From IMG/VR virus record IMGVR_UViG_3300017734_000004, positions 1 through 62,357 of that record: 62,357 bases of DNA; one strand, written 5' to 3'. Both the position numbers and the translations under genes were made by a program. The notes beneath the pieces were generated by a model. That model was not told the DNA's origin. It did not search any database and saw nothing but the letters and a program-made list of their open reading frames with translations. Shown here one piece after another: positions 1 to 6,591 of this stretch. This DNA is from a virus. Its lineage: Duplodnaviria > Caudoviricetes. How positions within the stretch are numbered: position 1 is the stretch's first letter; each line of letters starts with the position of its first letter.

Positions 1-123
1 GATCTTAATAAGGTTTTCGTCAAGGATTTGCTTCATGATGTCGTCGATGATTTGGTCCATGACGTTAGCGCCGTCACTCCAGTTGCAGTACCCTTTTGTG
101 GTTCGCAACCAGTTTGTGAAATC
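1..123. repeat. 123-bp direct terminal overlap, copy 1
   Basis: Identical to 62235-62357. Confidence 0.97.
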
Positions 124-411
124 GTTGTACAACTTTCGGGATGAGACGTGGTATCCTACGTACTCCACCATGTCTTCGTAGTACGGGTCCATCGTGATGT
201 CAGGGTCGTCGTCCCACCCCGTCTGCCACAGGTTGCAGAACCCGTTGTTGTAGTAGTCGTATCCGATACGAGAGATGGAACGGAGGGCTTCGGGTAGGCC
301 GTCCTCAGCTTCGCCAGACGCGGGGACGAGTTGCTTCCATGCTTCGTTGTATTCGGTTTGGTACTTGCCTTTGTTGTCCCAGTAGGACGTGGATTGTGTG
401 TCGTTTGACAT
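1..411 (-). CDS. Conserved phage hypothetical protein, 140 aa, spans the circular junction and ends at 62223
   Basis: Manual translation MSNDTQSTSYWDNKGKYQTEYNEAWKQLVPASGE...YDYYNNG...ENLIKI|GQA*. Not in the ORF track. Stop overlaps the ATG of 62008..62226 (ATGA). Confidence 0.85.
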   Translation of the reverse strand, partial: MSNDTQSTSYWDNKGKYQTEYNEAWKQLVPASGEAEDGLPEALRSISRIGYDYYNNGFCNLWQTGWDDDPDITMDPYYEDMVEYVGYHVSSRKLYNDFTNWLRTTKGYCNWSDGANVMDQIIDDIMKQILDENLIKI

Positions 412-432
412 TGAATTGAATTTAAAATTTTG

Positions 433-478
433 CGGTGCGGAAGGAATCGAACCTTCGGATAACCCAACCATTCGCACC
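433..478 (-). ncRNA. tRNA-like element with acceptor stem and T-arm but no anticodon arm
   Basis: GGTGCG-AATGGTTGGGTTATCC-GAAGG TTCGATT CCTTC-CGCACC-G; intergenic. Confidence 0.55.
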
Positions 479-492
479 TGTGGTCTATATCC

Positions 493-630
493 TTACTTAT
501 CTACCACTTTCTTTTCTTCTTTTTTCTTACGTGGCGGAATCTTCACGATGCTGATGACGTGCCTGTCCATCGCTTTGTTGTGCATGTCCGCTATCTCCTT
601 GATGAGATTGAATTGTTCGTTGTCTTTCAT
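493..630 (-). CDS. Hypothetical protein (45 aa, MKDNEQFN...)
   Basis: Start re-assigned to the ATG overlapping the upstream stop. Confidence 0.6.
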   Translation of the reverse strand: MKDNEQFNLIKEIADMHNKAMDRHVISIVKIPPRKKKEEKKVVDK

Positions 631-812
631 GAATGTGAGTTCCAAAATTCTACTTCTTCGTCGTGAATGCGGAACTCGATGCAGCCGCTGAGGTCGCCGT
701 TCCACACCTCAATCCACACTCCGTGATCGTCACGCGCTCCCATCACATGGGAGGCGTAATGGCCTTCTTCCTGTAGTGCCTTGACTGCACCTTCGCATTG
801 TTCTTGTGTCAT
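627..812 (-). CDS. Hypothetical protein (61 aa, MTQEQCEG...)
   Basis: ATGA coupling on both sides. Confidence 0.65.
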   Translation of the reverse strand: MTQEQCEGAVKALQEEGHYASHVMGARDDHGVWIEVWNGDLSGCIEFRIHDEEVEFWNSHS

Positions 813-964
813 GTCAAATCGAATGCTGTATCCTTGAAAGCCCTTTCGAGGATGAGTTTGTTGTTTCCGTCTGCGTGGTACCATGCGTCGATGAGTCGGT
901 ACATGAAGCCACCGCAGGTCTTTTGTCGGCTCTCGAGTTTTTTGTGTTGCTCAGATAAAGTCAT
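809..964 (-). CDS. Small phage hypothetical protein (51 aa; GGF...AD.NN..L..AF motif)
   Basis: Start re-assigned to MTLSEQ; tightly packed with neighbours. Confidence 0.65.
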   Translation of the reverse strand: MTLSEQHKKLESRQKTCGGFMYRLIDAWYHADGNNKLILERAFKDTAFDLT

Positions 965-965
965 G

Positions 966-1301
966 TCAGTTTGCTTTGCGTTTGATGTCCTTGCCTGTCT
1001 TGACAGACACACGTCCGTCGCTGTGCAGGTGATACTCGTACTCCTCCCACATGTCTGCTTTGATAGGTACGATGCCCCACCCTGTGTCACGGGACTTGTC
1101 AAGGTTGAACTTGTCTGCATCCCATGCGCTTGACCGCAGGAGTTGTGCAAGTTTGTAGTCAGGGTCGTCGCCTCGTGCTTCTGTGAAGGACTTGTTGAAC
1201 TCCTCAAGCCAAGGCAGGGTGGCCTCTTCGTACCCGTCCCAGTGTTTGTAGGCCTTTACAGAGGGCTGTCCCTCCACAATGATTGTTGCTCGTGTTGCCA
1301 T
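966..1301 (-). CDS. Conserved phage hypothetical protein (MxTR...YxHWDGY motif)
   Basis: MATRATI...YKHWDGY...EEYEY motif pattern recurrent in phage early regions. Confidence 0.8.
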   Translation of the reverse strand: MATRATIIVEGQPSVKAYKHWDGYEEATLPWLEEFNKSFTEARGDDPDYKLAQLLRSSAWDADKFNLDKSRDTGWGIVPIKADMWEEYEYHLHSDGRVSVKTGKDIKRKAN

Positions 1302-1302
1302 G

Positions 1303-1602
1303 TTAGCTGTATTTTTCGTCGATTCGGTTCTGTGTTTCTTCGCAGCACTCCACCCATGCCTTCATGTTGATGAGTGAGATGCGCCCATCCTCACGGGGCT
1401 TGTTGTGCTCTGCAAGGATTTCATCTTTCTTGGATATGTAGTGGTCGAGGCCACGCTGAAGGCAGTCCATGACTACCATCTGTACGAGTGCCCCGTGGTT
1501 GTTGTACCCAGTCATGAGGTGTGACATGAACTCGTCGTTGGTCATATCATTGGTTGTTTTCAGGGCCGTCTTTCCGTCTATGCTTGTGGTTAGATGCTTC
1601 AT
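1303..1602 (-). CDS. Hypothetical protein
   Basis: ORF track; operon packing. Confidence 0.7.
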   Translation of the reverse strand: MKHLTTSIDGKTALKTTNDMTNDEFMSHLMTGYNNHGALVQMVVMDCLQRGLDHYISKKDEILAEHNKPREDGRISLINMKAWVECCEETQNRIDEKYS

Positions 1603-1763
1603 GCTGTAAGGATTTTTTGGATTACGTCAAGGTTCTCGGATGTGATGGGGCCGTACTGCTGAACCTGTCGGTCAGCGAAGTACTGAACTTTTTCGGCGTT
1701 GCCCTGTGCCATGTGGTAGGCAATCTTTGGAAGATAGCCGTTGGGATGCTTCGGATTTCTCAT
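1599..1763 (-). CDS. Hypothetical protein (54 aa, MRNPKHPNGYLPKIAYH...)
   Basis: Manual translation; ATGA overlap with next gene; starts just after hairpin H1. Confidence 0.7.
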   Translation of the reverse strand: MRNPKHPNGYLPKIAYHMAQGNAEKVQYFADRQVQQYGPITSENLDVIQKILTA

Positions 1764-1776
1764 GGTTTTGAGGATT

Positions 1777-1846
1777 TAAGTTGTACTAATCAATAAGAAG
1801 AAGACTCATTCTGAGTCTTTCTTCTTCTTATTGATAGTACTACTAA
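1777..1846. promoter_or_regulatory. Long imperfect hairpin H1
   Basis: TAAGTTGTACTAATCAATAAGAAGAAGACTCA / TGAGTCTTTCTTCTTCTTATTGATAGTACTACTAA inverted repeat, followed by GGG. Confidence 0.8.
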
Positions 1847-1850
1847 GGGT

Positions 1851-2072
1851 TCATCGTCGTCGAGGAATTGTTGTCTCCCATCGTGAGGCGTGTCCGTTCA
1901 TTACGTCCGTGTAGTATAGGAGAGACATCGGTTTGTAGATTCTGTTGGCCCCGCGATAGTTCGTGATGGCCTCTTTCATCTCCGTGTGTGTGAGCTTGTC
2001 ACCCTTGGGTGTCTTGAAGGAACCGTCCGTGTACACGATCCCGTGGTACGTCTGATGCTTGATATCGCTCAT
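1851..2072 (-). CDS. Hypothetical protein (MSDIKHQTYHG...)
   Basis: Start re-assigned to the ATGA overlap. Confidence 0.65.
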   Translation of the reverse strand: MSDIKHQTYHGIVYTDGSFKTPKGDKLTHTEMKEAITNYRGANRIYKPMSLLYYTDVMNGHASRWETTIPRRR

Positions 2073-2236
2073 GCCATCCATTCTACATTGGACATGTCCC
2101 ATCCGAGTTCGGATAGCTTTTCATCGTTGTCGATTGATGGGTCCGATGTGTCCCAATCGCAGTGTACGAGATGCACGACTCGTGTCGTGTAGTCGAAGAT
2201 GGCAATTTGATTCTTGCCGAGGTGAATTTCAGCCAT
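2069..2236 (-). CDS. Small acidic hypothetical protein (55 aa, MAEIHLGKNQ...)
   Basis: Manual translation; fills the gap in the operon. Confidence 0.7.
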   Translation of the reverse strand: MAEIHLGKNQIAIFDYTTRVVHLVHCDWDTSDPSIDNDEKLSELGWDMSNVEWMA

Positions 2237-2247
2237 GATTGTGGGGT

Positions 2248-2424
2248 TTACCAGTTACGAAATGTTTGTGAAGTCTTGCCGCATTTACGCGGACTCATGT
2301 CATCGTATGCGGTGCCGTATCGGGCACCTGTCGTGGAGCATGAGGATAGGAGGATGGACACGATTGCCATCGCCGTGAACCACGCAAGCACCGCAAGTGT
2401 GGATGTGTCAAATACTTTTTTCAT
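2248..2424 (-). CDS. Small putative lipoprotein (58 aa)
   Basis: MKKVF...AMAIVSILLSS-C: basic N-terminus, hydrophobic stretch, lipobox LSSC. Confidence 0.7.
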   Translation of the reverse strand: MKKVFDTSTLAVLAWFTAMAIVSILLSSCSTTGARYGTAYDDMSPRKCGKTSQTFRNW

Positions 2425-2753
2425 TGTTCGTTGGTTTCAAATTGGTAATCGTCTTCGTCCTCCCACTCCGTGTAGTATGCGTAGTCCGTCTGGAACGCGA
2501 TGGTCATGAGGTCATGGTCGTCCTCCTTGTTTTGCAGGGCTTGGTCTCGCGCTGTCGCGAACTCATCCCATGCCGTGGGGTCTTGTAGTTCCTCGGCAGT
2601 CACGTTCTCGATGTCGTGCAGGATGGTGTCCCTGTCCTTACGGCACTCTGCCAAGGCATCCTTCTCGTGCTTGGCGTAGAACACGCCGCATCCGAAGACC
2701 CATCCTTTGTTCATCCCTTCGCCCGTCACGGAGCATTGTCTTGCGTACTTCAT
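2421..2753 (-). CDS. Acidic hypothetical protein
   Basis: ARQCSVTGEGM..GW...YYTEWED; ORF track. Confidence 0.75.
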   Translation of the reverse strand: MKYARQCSVTGEGMNKGWVFGCGVFYAKHEKDALAECRKDRDTILHDIENVTAEELQDPTAWDEFATARDQALQNKEDDHDLMTIAFQTDYAYYTEWEDEDDYQFETNEQ

Positions 2754-2762
2754 GTGTGTTGT

Positions 2763-3080
2763 TTAGAGGTCAATGATTACGCCCTTCGATTCCAGGGCAT
2801 CGGTAATAAATTCAGGGAGTTCGAAGCACCCATCGTACCCCACAAGGCGTACACTTCCATCCTCATCGTGTGAGGTCTCGAGTACACCCTCTGCATAGAA
2901 GCGGTCGCCACCTGACTCAAGGTCGTAGGTCTCGTACCATCCACCATACTGATGGTCGGGGTCAATGGACACCGAAGAATCCATCACGACGTTGGTCGCT
3001 CGGTCGTGGTCCACGTCGTATGCCGTGGTCATTGCCACGTGTGGTAGCGTGGTCTTGAACTTGTGTGTGAACTTCATCAT
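2763..3080 (-). CDS. Acidic hypothetical protein
   Basis: YAEGVL...LVGYDGCFELP; ORF track. Confidence 0.75.
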   Translation of the reverse strand: MMKFTHKFKTTLPHVAMTTAYDVDHDRATNVVMDSSVSIDPDHQYGGWYETYDLESGGDRFYAEGVLETSHDEDGSVRLVGYDGCFELPEFITDALESKGVIIDL

Positions 3081-3283
3081 TCTTGGGTTTCAGAGTCAGA
3101 CAAATCGTGGCACATGGATGCAAGGACTTCTCGCAGGTCGTTCGTGCCCAGGTAGTAAAAGACGTGTTCAATCATGGCATTCGGTCCCATGACCTCTTTG
3201 ATGTCATCGAATGCGTAGCCCAGTTCGGACTTGGACATGTACCCACTCTCCGTGAGCTTTGTGTGAAGGTTGGTGAATTGCAT
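3077..3283 (-). CDS. Hypothetical protein
   Basis: ORF track; coupled start and stop. Confidence 0.65.
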   Translation of the reverse strand: MQFTNLHTKLTESGYMSKSELGYAFDDIKEVMGPNAMIEHVFYYLGTNDLREVLASMCHDLSDSETQE

Positions 3284-3462
3284 TATCCGAGAAGGTTATC
3301 GAGTTGGGATTCAAGTCGGGCAGCCGCCGCATCTGCCTTACGAGCGATTTCCATCTGCACTTGGATGGCACGTTTGGTGGCTTCAATCAGGTCTGACTTT
3401 TGAGCCATGAAGTCGGCAAAGTCGCGCTCCGCCTCGACGAGGATGATGTTTGATTCTGACAT
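3283..3462 (-). CDS. Small coiled-coil protein (59 aa, MSESNIILVEAERDF...)
   Basis: Manual translation; TAATG overlap; starts after hairpin H2. Confidence 0.7.
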   Translation of the reverse strand: MSESNIILVEAERDFADFMAQKSDLIEATKRAIQVQMEIARKADAAAARLESQLDNLLG

Positions 3463-3484
3463 CGGGAAAGGATTTGATGGTTGT

Positions 3485-3547
3485 TAAGAGGGGTTTGTAA
3501 TATATATCTCTCATGTTCCATGAGATATATATTACTAACCTCTCTAA
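3485..3547. promoter_or_regulatory. Long imperfect hairpin H2
   Basis: TAAGAGGGGTTTGTAATATATATCTCTCATG-TTC-CATGAGATATATATTACTAACCTCTCTAA. Confidence 0.85.
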
Positions 3548-3563
3548 AGGTTGGTGGATTCGG

Positions 3564-3809
3564 TTAGGCTGACTGGGCTTTGAGCCACTCTTCCTTGCTA
3601 CGTAGGTACGCTTCCTGCGGCGTCTCACCTGCTTGGATGACCAACTTCTCACACGTCTGCCGTGACGGACGGGATGGTCTGTCTGACTTTGCCGCCATCT
3701 CTGAACGGATGAAGGTCGTGGATACGTGGTTACGTACTTGACGTACATCTGTCCACTCGGTCTTAGTCATACGCTTGGCTCGGCGTGCCTTCTGTGCAAG
3801 AGTTTGCAT
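3564..3809 (-). CDS. Basic hypothetical protein
   Basis: ORF track; AATTCAATTCAA leader. Confidence 0.7.
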   Translation of the reverse strand: MQTLAQKARRAKRMTKTEWTDVRQVRNHVSTTFIRSEMAAKSDRPSRPSRQTCEKLVIQAGETPQEAYLRSKEEWLKAQSA

Positions 3810-3826
3810 GGTGATTGAATTGAATT

Positions 3827-3880
3827 GTTACTGACCCCCCAAGGGGGGGGTTTCGGCTACTGAAGCCTCGTCAGAGTAAC
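3827..3880 (-). ncRNA. Type I hammerhead ribozyme
   Basis: GUUACU-CUGACGA-GGCU(UCAGU)AGCC-GAAA-CCCCCC(CCUU)GGGGGG-UC^AGUAAC: full catalytic core, three perfect stems, GUC cleavage triplet. Confidence 0.92.
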
Positions 3881-3891
3881 TGGGTGGGGTG

Positions 3892-4137
3892 TTAGCCCTT
3901 GTTGATGAGTTCAATCAACTGAGCCTTTGTCATCTTGCTGATGTTCTTAGGCTTTGACTTGGTTGCCTTCGCCTTAGGCACCACGACTTCCAAGGCTTCG
4001 ACCTCTGAAGTGAGTTGGGCCAACAGCTTGAGAGCCAAGGCTTTCTTCTCCTTGGTAGTGTAGTAACTAGCCTTGTTGATTGCTGACTTGGTAGCAGACA
4101 TCAAGGACTGGGGGGTGGTGGTGGATTTTGCCATCAT
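3892..4137 (-). CDS. First gene of the - strand arm; basic protein with a C-terminal Rho_N/HeH-like motif
   Basis: C-terminus NISKMTKAQLIELIN. Confidence 0.6.
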   Translation of the reverse strand: MMAKSTTTPQSLMSATKSAINKASYYTTKEKKALALKLLAQLTSEVEALEVVVPKAKATKSKPKNISKMTKAQLIELINKG

Positions 4138-4145
4138 TTAAGGAT

Positions 4146-4214
4146 TAAGATGTTGTAAGTAATAAAAGAAGATTCGTAAACGAATCATCTTCTTTTATTA
4201 CTAACAACCTCTAA
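4146..4214. promoter_or_regulatory. Long imperfect hairpin H3
   Basis: TAAGATGTTGTAAGTAATAAAAGAAGATTCGT-AA-ACGAATCATCTTCTTTTATTACTAACAACCTCTAA. Confidence 0.85.
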
Positions 4215-4237
4215 GGGGTCGGAGTCTGGGGTCATGG

Positions 4238-4261
4238 ATGAGTACTACTGGTAGTACTCAT
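4238..4261. repeat. Perfect 11-bp inverted repeat
   Basis: ATGAGTACTAC-TG-GTAGTACTCAT. Confidence 0.8.
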
Positions 4262-4681
4262 ATAGGAGGAGGGAGTTGTCCTCGGGCCGCTTATAGCTGG
4301 GGGAGCCAAACCCATAACTAACCGCATATACCTACACATGTACGGTTACTTAACGTGGGGTACGGCAAGTGGCTGTCGCACAGCGCGGTACAAAAAGCTG
4401 AAAGTATACAGCTAACCGCGTATGTGTGCGGTAGATAGGTATCATAAGCGCGTTTCGGGTAGGCGTGCGTGGCGTGCGCATATATATATAATCCCCTTCA
4501 CCTCTATGACTCAAAAAATTTTCAGCCCAAATTTTTCTTCAGTCCCTTTTGCGCCCTTTTTTCTGCGGTTGCGCGATTCTTCTCCGATCAGTCTGATTTG
4601 TGTAAGCCTTATGATTACTAATCACTTACACATCTACACCTAGACTGTTTGTTTACTCTTGTTTTTGTCATTTTTCTTGGT

Positions 4682-4689
4682 TAACTTTG
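4682..4689 (+). promoter_or_regulatory. Bacteroidota -7 promoter box at the start of the + strand arm
   Basis: TAACTTTG with TTG about 20 nt upstream. Confidence 0.6.
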
Positions 4690-4875
4690 CTGTAGTTAGA
4701 AGCGAAACCAGAAAAACCTAACGATTCGTTTTGTTTTTAGTGTATTCGTAGAGAATCACTGGTAGTTCGTTTTAATTGGTTCTTAAGAGACAGCTGCATC
4801 CTGTTTCTTTGGCACATAATCATCATTATACCGCATTATCTTGGTGATCACGGGGGCTGCTGATAGCTTAGCCCC

Positions 4876-5136
4876 ATGAAAACAGTAGCATTCTTACTAT
4901 CAGTCTTGCTTGTGGGCTGCGTCTCAGTGCCCACTAAGGTCTACACTCACCCAGAGAGGTACAGTTGCGACCTTATCATACCTACATCTTGGAATGGGTC
5001 ACATCCCGTAGAGTACTTTGAACACAGGCTGTCTGTTGGTCAAACATACCAGGACTATTTGGGCATGGAGTATACCTTGGTGGCAACAGATCAAGACACA
5101 GTATTCTTGCTCAGGGTAGAGGTTGCCCGTCCGTAA
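4876..5136 (+). CDS. Putative lipoprotein
   Basis: MKTVAFLLSVLLVG-C lipobox. Confidence 0.7.
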   Translation: MKTVAFLLSVLLVGCVSVPTKVYTHPERYSCDLIIPTSWNGSHPVEYFEHRLSVGQTYQDYLGMEYTLVATDQDTVFLLRVEVARP

Positions 5137-5165
5137 CTTTTCGTAGCTCACAGCGTATCCAAAGT

Positions 5166-5333
5166 ATGTGGTCAACATACATAATGGATTTCTTGCTCCT
5201 GTTAGCAAACTATGGTCAGGCTATTGATCCTGAGTCTCATGCTGCATGCATGGACTTTAATGGTGATGGGTTCATTACGATGTATGACTTTCTTGAAATG
5301 CTGTCTCGGCAGCCGTTAATCGAAAAGGAATGA
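5166..5333 (+). CDS. Dockerin/EF-hand-like microprotein (55 aa)
   Basis: Manual translation: DFLLLLANYG...DFNGDGFITMYDFLEML; ATGA overlap with next gene. Confidence 0.6.
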   Translation: MWSTYIMDFLLLLANYGQAIDPESHAACMDFNGDGFITMYDFLEMLSRQPLIEKE

Positions 5334-5560
5334 AGAATACAGATTACCATCAGATTGTAAAGGCGGTTGTATCTAAAGACTTCAAGTTTATCCATATCGA
5401 TGCGGGGATGGGTAAGAACGGATTGCAGAGAATCGTTACAGAAACGAGTGAGGAGGAGATCGCTCACTGCTATCTCTACCCGATCATAGATAGAATTGCT
5501 AGGAGTGAGTTTAGAGACCTTGAGGGAGTTGCCTTGACTGTTAAGATTACCTGGGTCTAG
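5330..5560 (+). CDS. Hypothetical protein
   Basis: ORF track. Confidence 0.55.
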   Translation: MKNTDYHQIVKAVVSKDFKFIHIDAGMGKNGLQRIVTETSEEEIAHCYLYPIIDRIARSEFRDLEGVALTVKITWV

Positions 5561-5590
5561 TTGGTGTTTACATCATTGTCAAATAAAATG

Positions 5591-5598
5591 TACATTTG
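5591..5598 (+). promoter_or_regulatory. Bacteroidota -7 promoter box
   Basis: TACATTTG, intergenic. Confidence 0.55.
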
Positions 5599-5610
5599 TA
5601 AAAAGATGTC

Positions 5611-6045
5611 ATGGCACTTACGGTAACCATTCAAGAGGATCTAATCCTTAGCGGTAACGATAAAAGCAATACCAATACTGCGACGTTTGGTTGCACAAAT
5701 CTGGACCACCGCATCCTTACAATTACAAATGCAGAGAAGAGCATCTTGCTTTTTGACGCAGCCAACGAGGCTGGCACAATTAAAGACAACAACCTTACCT
5801 ACCTAAGGATTACAAATCTGGATGCTAGTGATACTATCACTCTGCGTGTACGTGATGCAGCCCAGGAGTTTATGGTGCAGGTTAATGGTCAAGGATCTTT
5901 TCTGTTGACAGAAGATAAGTTGGATGCAGATGCCACGGGGAGTGAAGAGGTTACCAGTCTTTCTCAGATCAATAAGATCTCAGCTGTATCTTCTGATGCC
6001 TCTGGATCTTTGGTTGAAATTTATGCTGCATCTGTATTCGCATAA
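5611..6045 (+). CDS. Beta-rich putative virion (decoration) protein
   Basis: MALTVTI...YLRITNLD...GSFLL; resembles 20376 and 20771. Confidence 0.6.
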   Translation: MALTVTIQEDLILSGNDKSNTNTATFGCTNLDHRILTITNAEKSILLFDAANEAGTIKDNNLTYLRITNLDASDTITLRVRDAAQEFMVQVNGQGSFLLTEDKLDADATGSEEVTSLSQINKISAVSSDASGSLVEIYAASVFA

Positions 6046-6047
6046 GA

Positions 6048-6590
6048 ATGAAGCTTGAAGTAATTCGGTTTAATAAGGGCGTCGATGCCACCAACGGCAT
6101 GTTGTTTGACGTCACAGGAGACAGGGAGTTTCTGTGCTACACCCTGGAGGATGAAGATCGTGAGGAGAAGGTGTGGGGTGAGACATGCATCCCCGACGGC
6201 ACCTACGAGATTAGATTCAGAACAGAGGGTGGGTACCACAACAAATACTCTGGCAGGTTCCAGGATATCCACAAGGGTATGTTAGAGGTCTGCGGTGTCC
6301 CGAACTTTCAGTACATCCTGATCCATTGCGGCAACACAGACGAGGATACTGCTGGTTGTCTACTGGTGGGTGATACCCAAGAAAACAACAATACCAAAGC
6401 GGGTGGTTTTATTGGCAAATCCACACAAGCATACCAAAGGATTTACCCACCCATTGCTGAAGCTTTGGAGTGTGGTGACACTGTAACTATCGCATACAGG
6501 GATCTTAGAGACTGTTTGTTGCTTGATGCTCAAGACTTAGGTGAAGCATCGCACTTTTCTAAGCTGATTGTAAACTCTTTACAAGACTGA
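6048..6590 (+). CDS. DUF5675-like protein, candidate endolysin
   Basis: FLCYTLED, IPDGTY, ILIHCGN...TAGCLLVG motifs. Confidence 0.75.
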   Translation: MKLEVIRFNKGVDATNGMLFDVTGDREFLCYTLEDEDREEKVWGETCIPDGTYEIRFRTEGGYHNKYSGRFQDIHKGMLEVCGVPNFQYILIHCGNTDEDTAGCLLVGDTQENNNTKAGGFIGKSTQAYQRIYPPIAEALECGDTVTIAYRDLRDCLLLDAQDLGEASHFSKLIVNSLQD

Positions 6591-6591
6591 T

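Noticed and set aside
156-467. 103-aa ORF, and the many short antisense or off-frame ORFs in the track
   Set aside because: Shadow frames of better-supported genes, with atypical composition and no translational coupling
1777-4214. Hairpins as a CRISPR array, terminators or REP/IS200 ends
   Set aside because: They are dispersed and non-identical, have no spacers, GC stem or U-tract, and no HUH transposase was recognised
4690-4800. Possible structured sRNA after the 4682 promoter box
   Set aside because: Only weak, patchy complementarity; cannot be supported without covariation data
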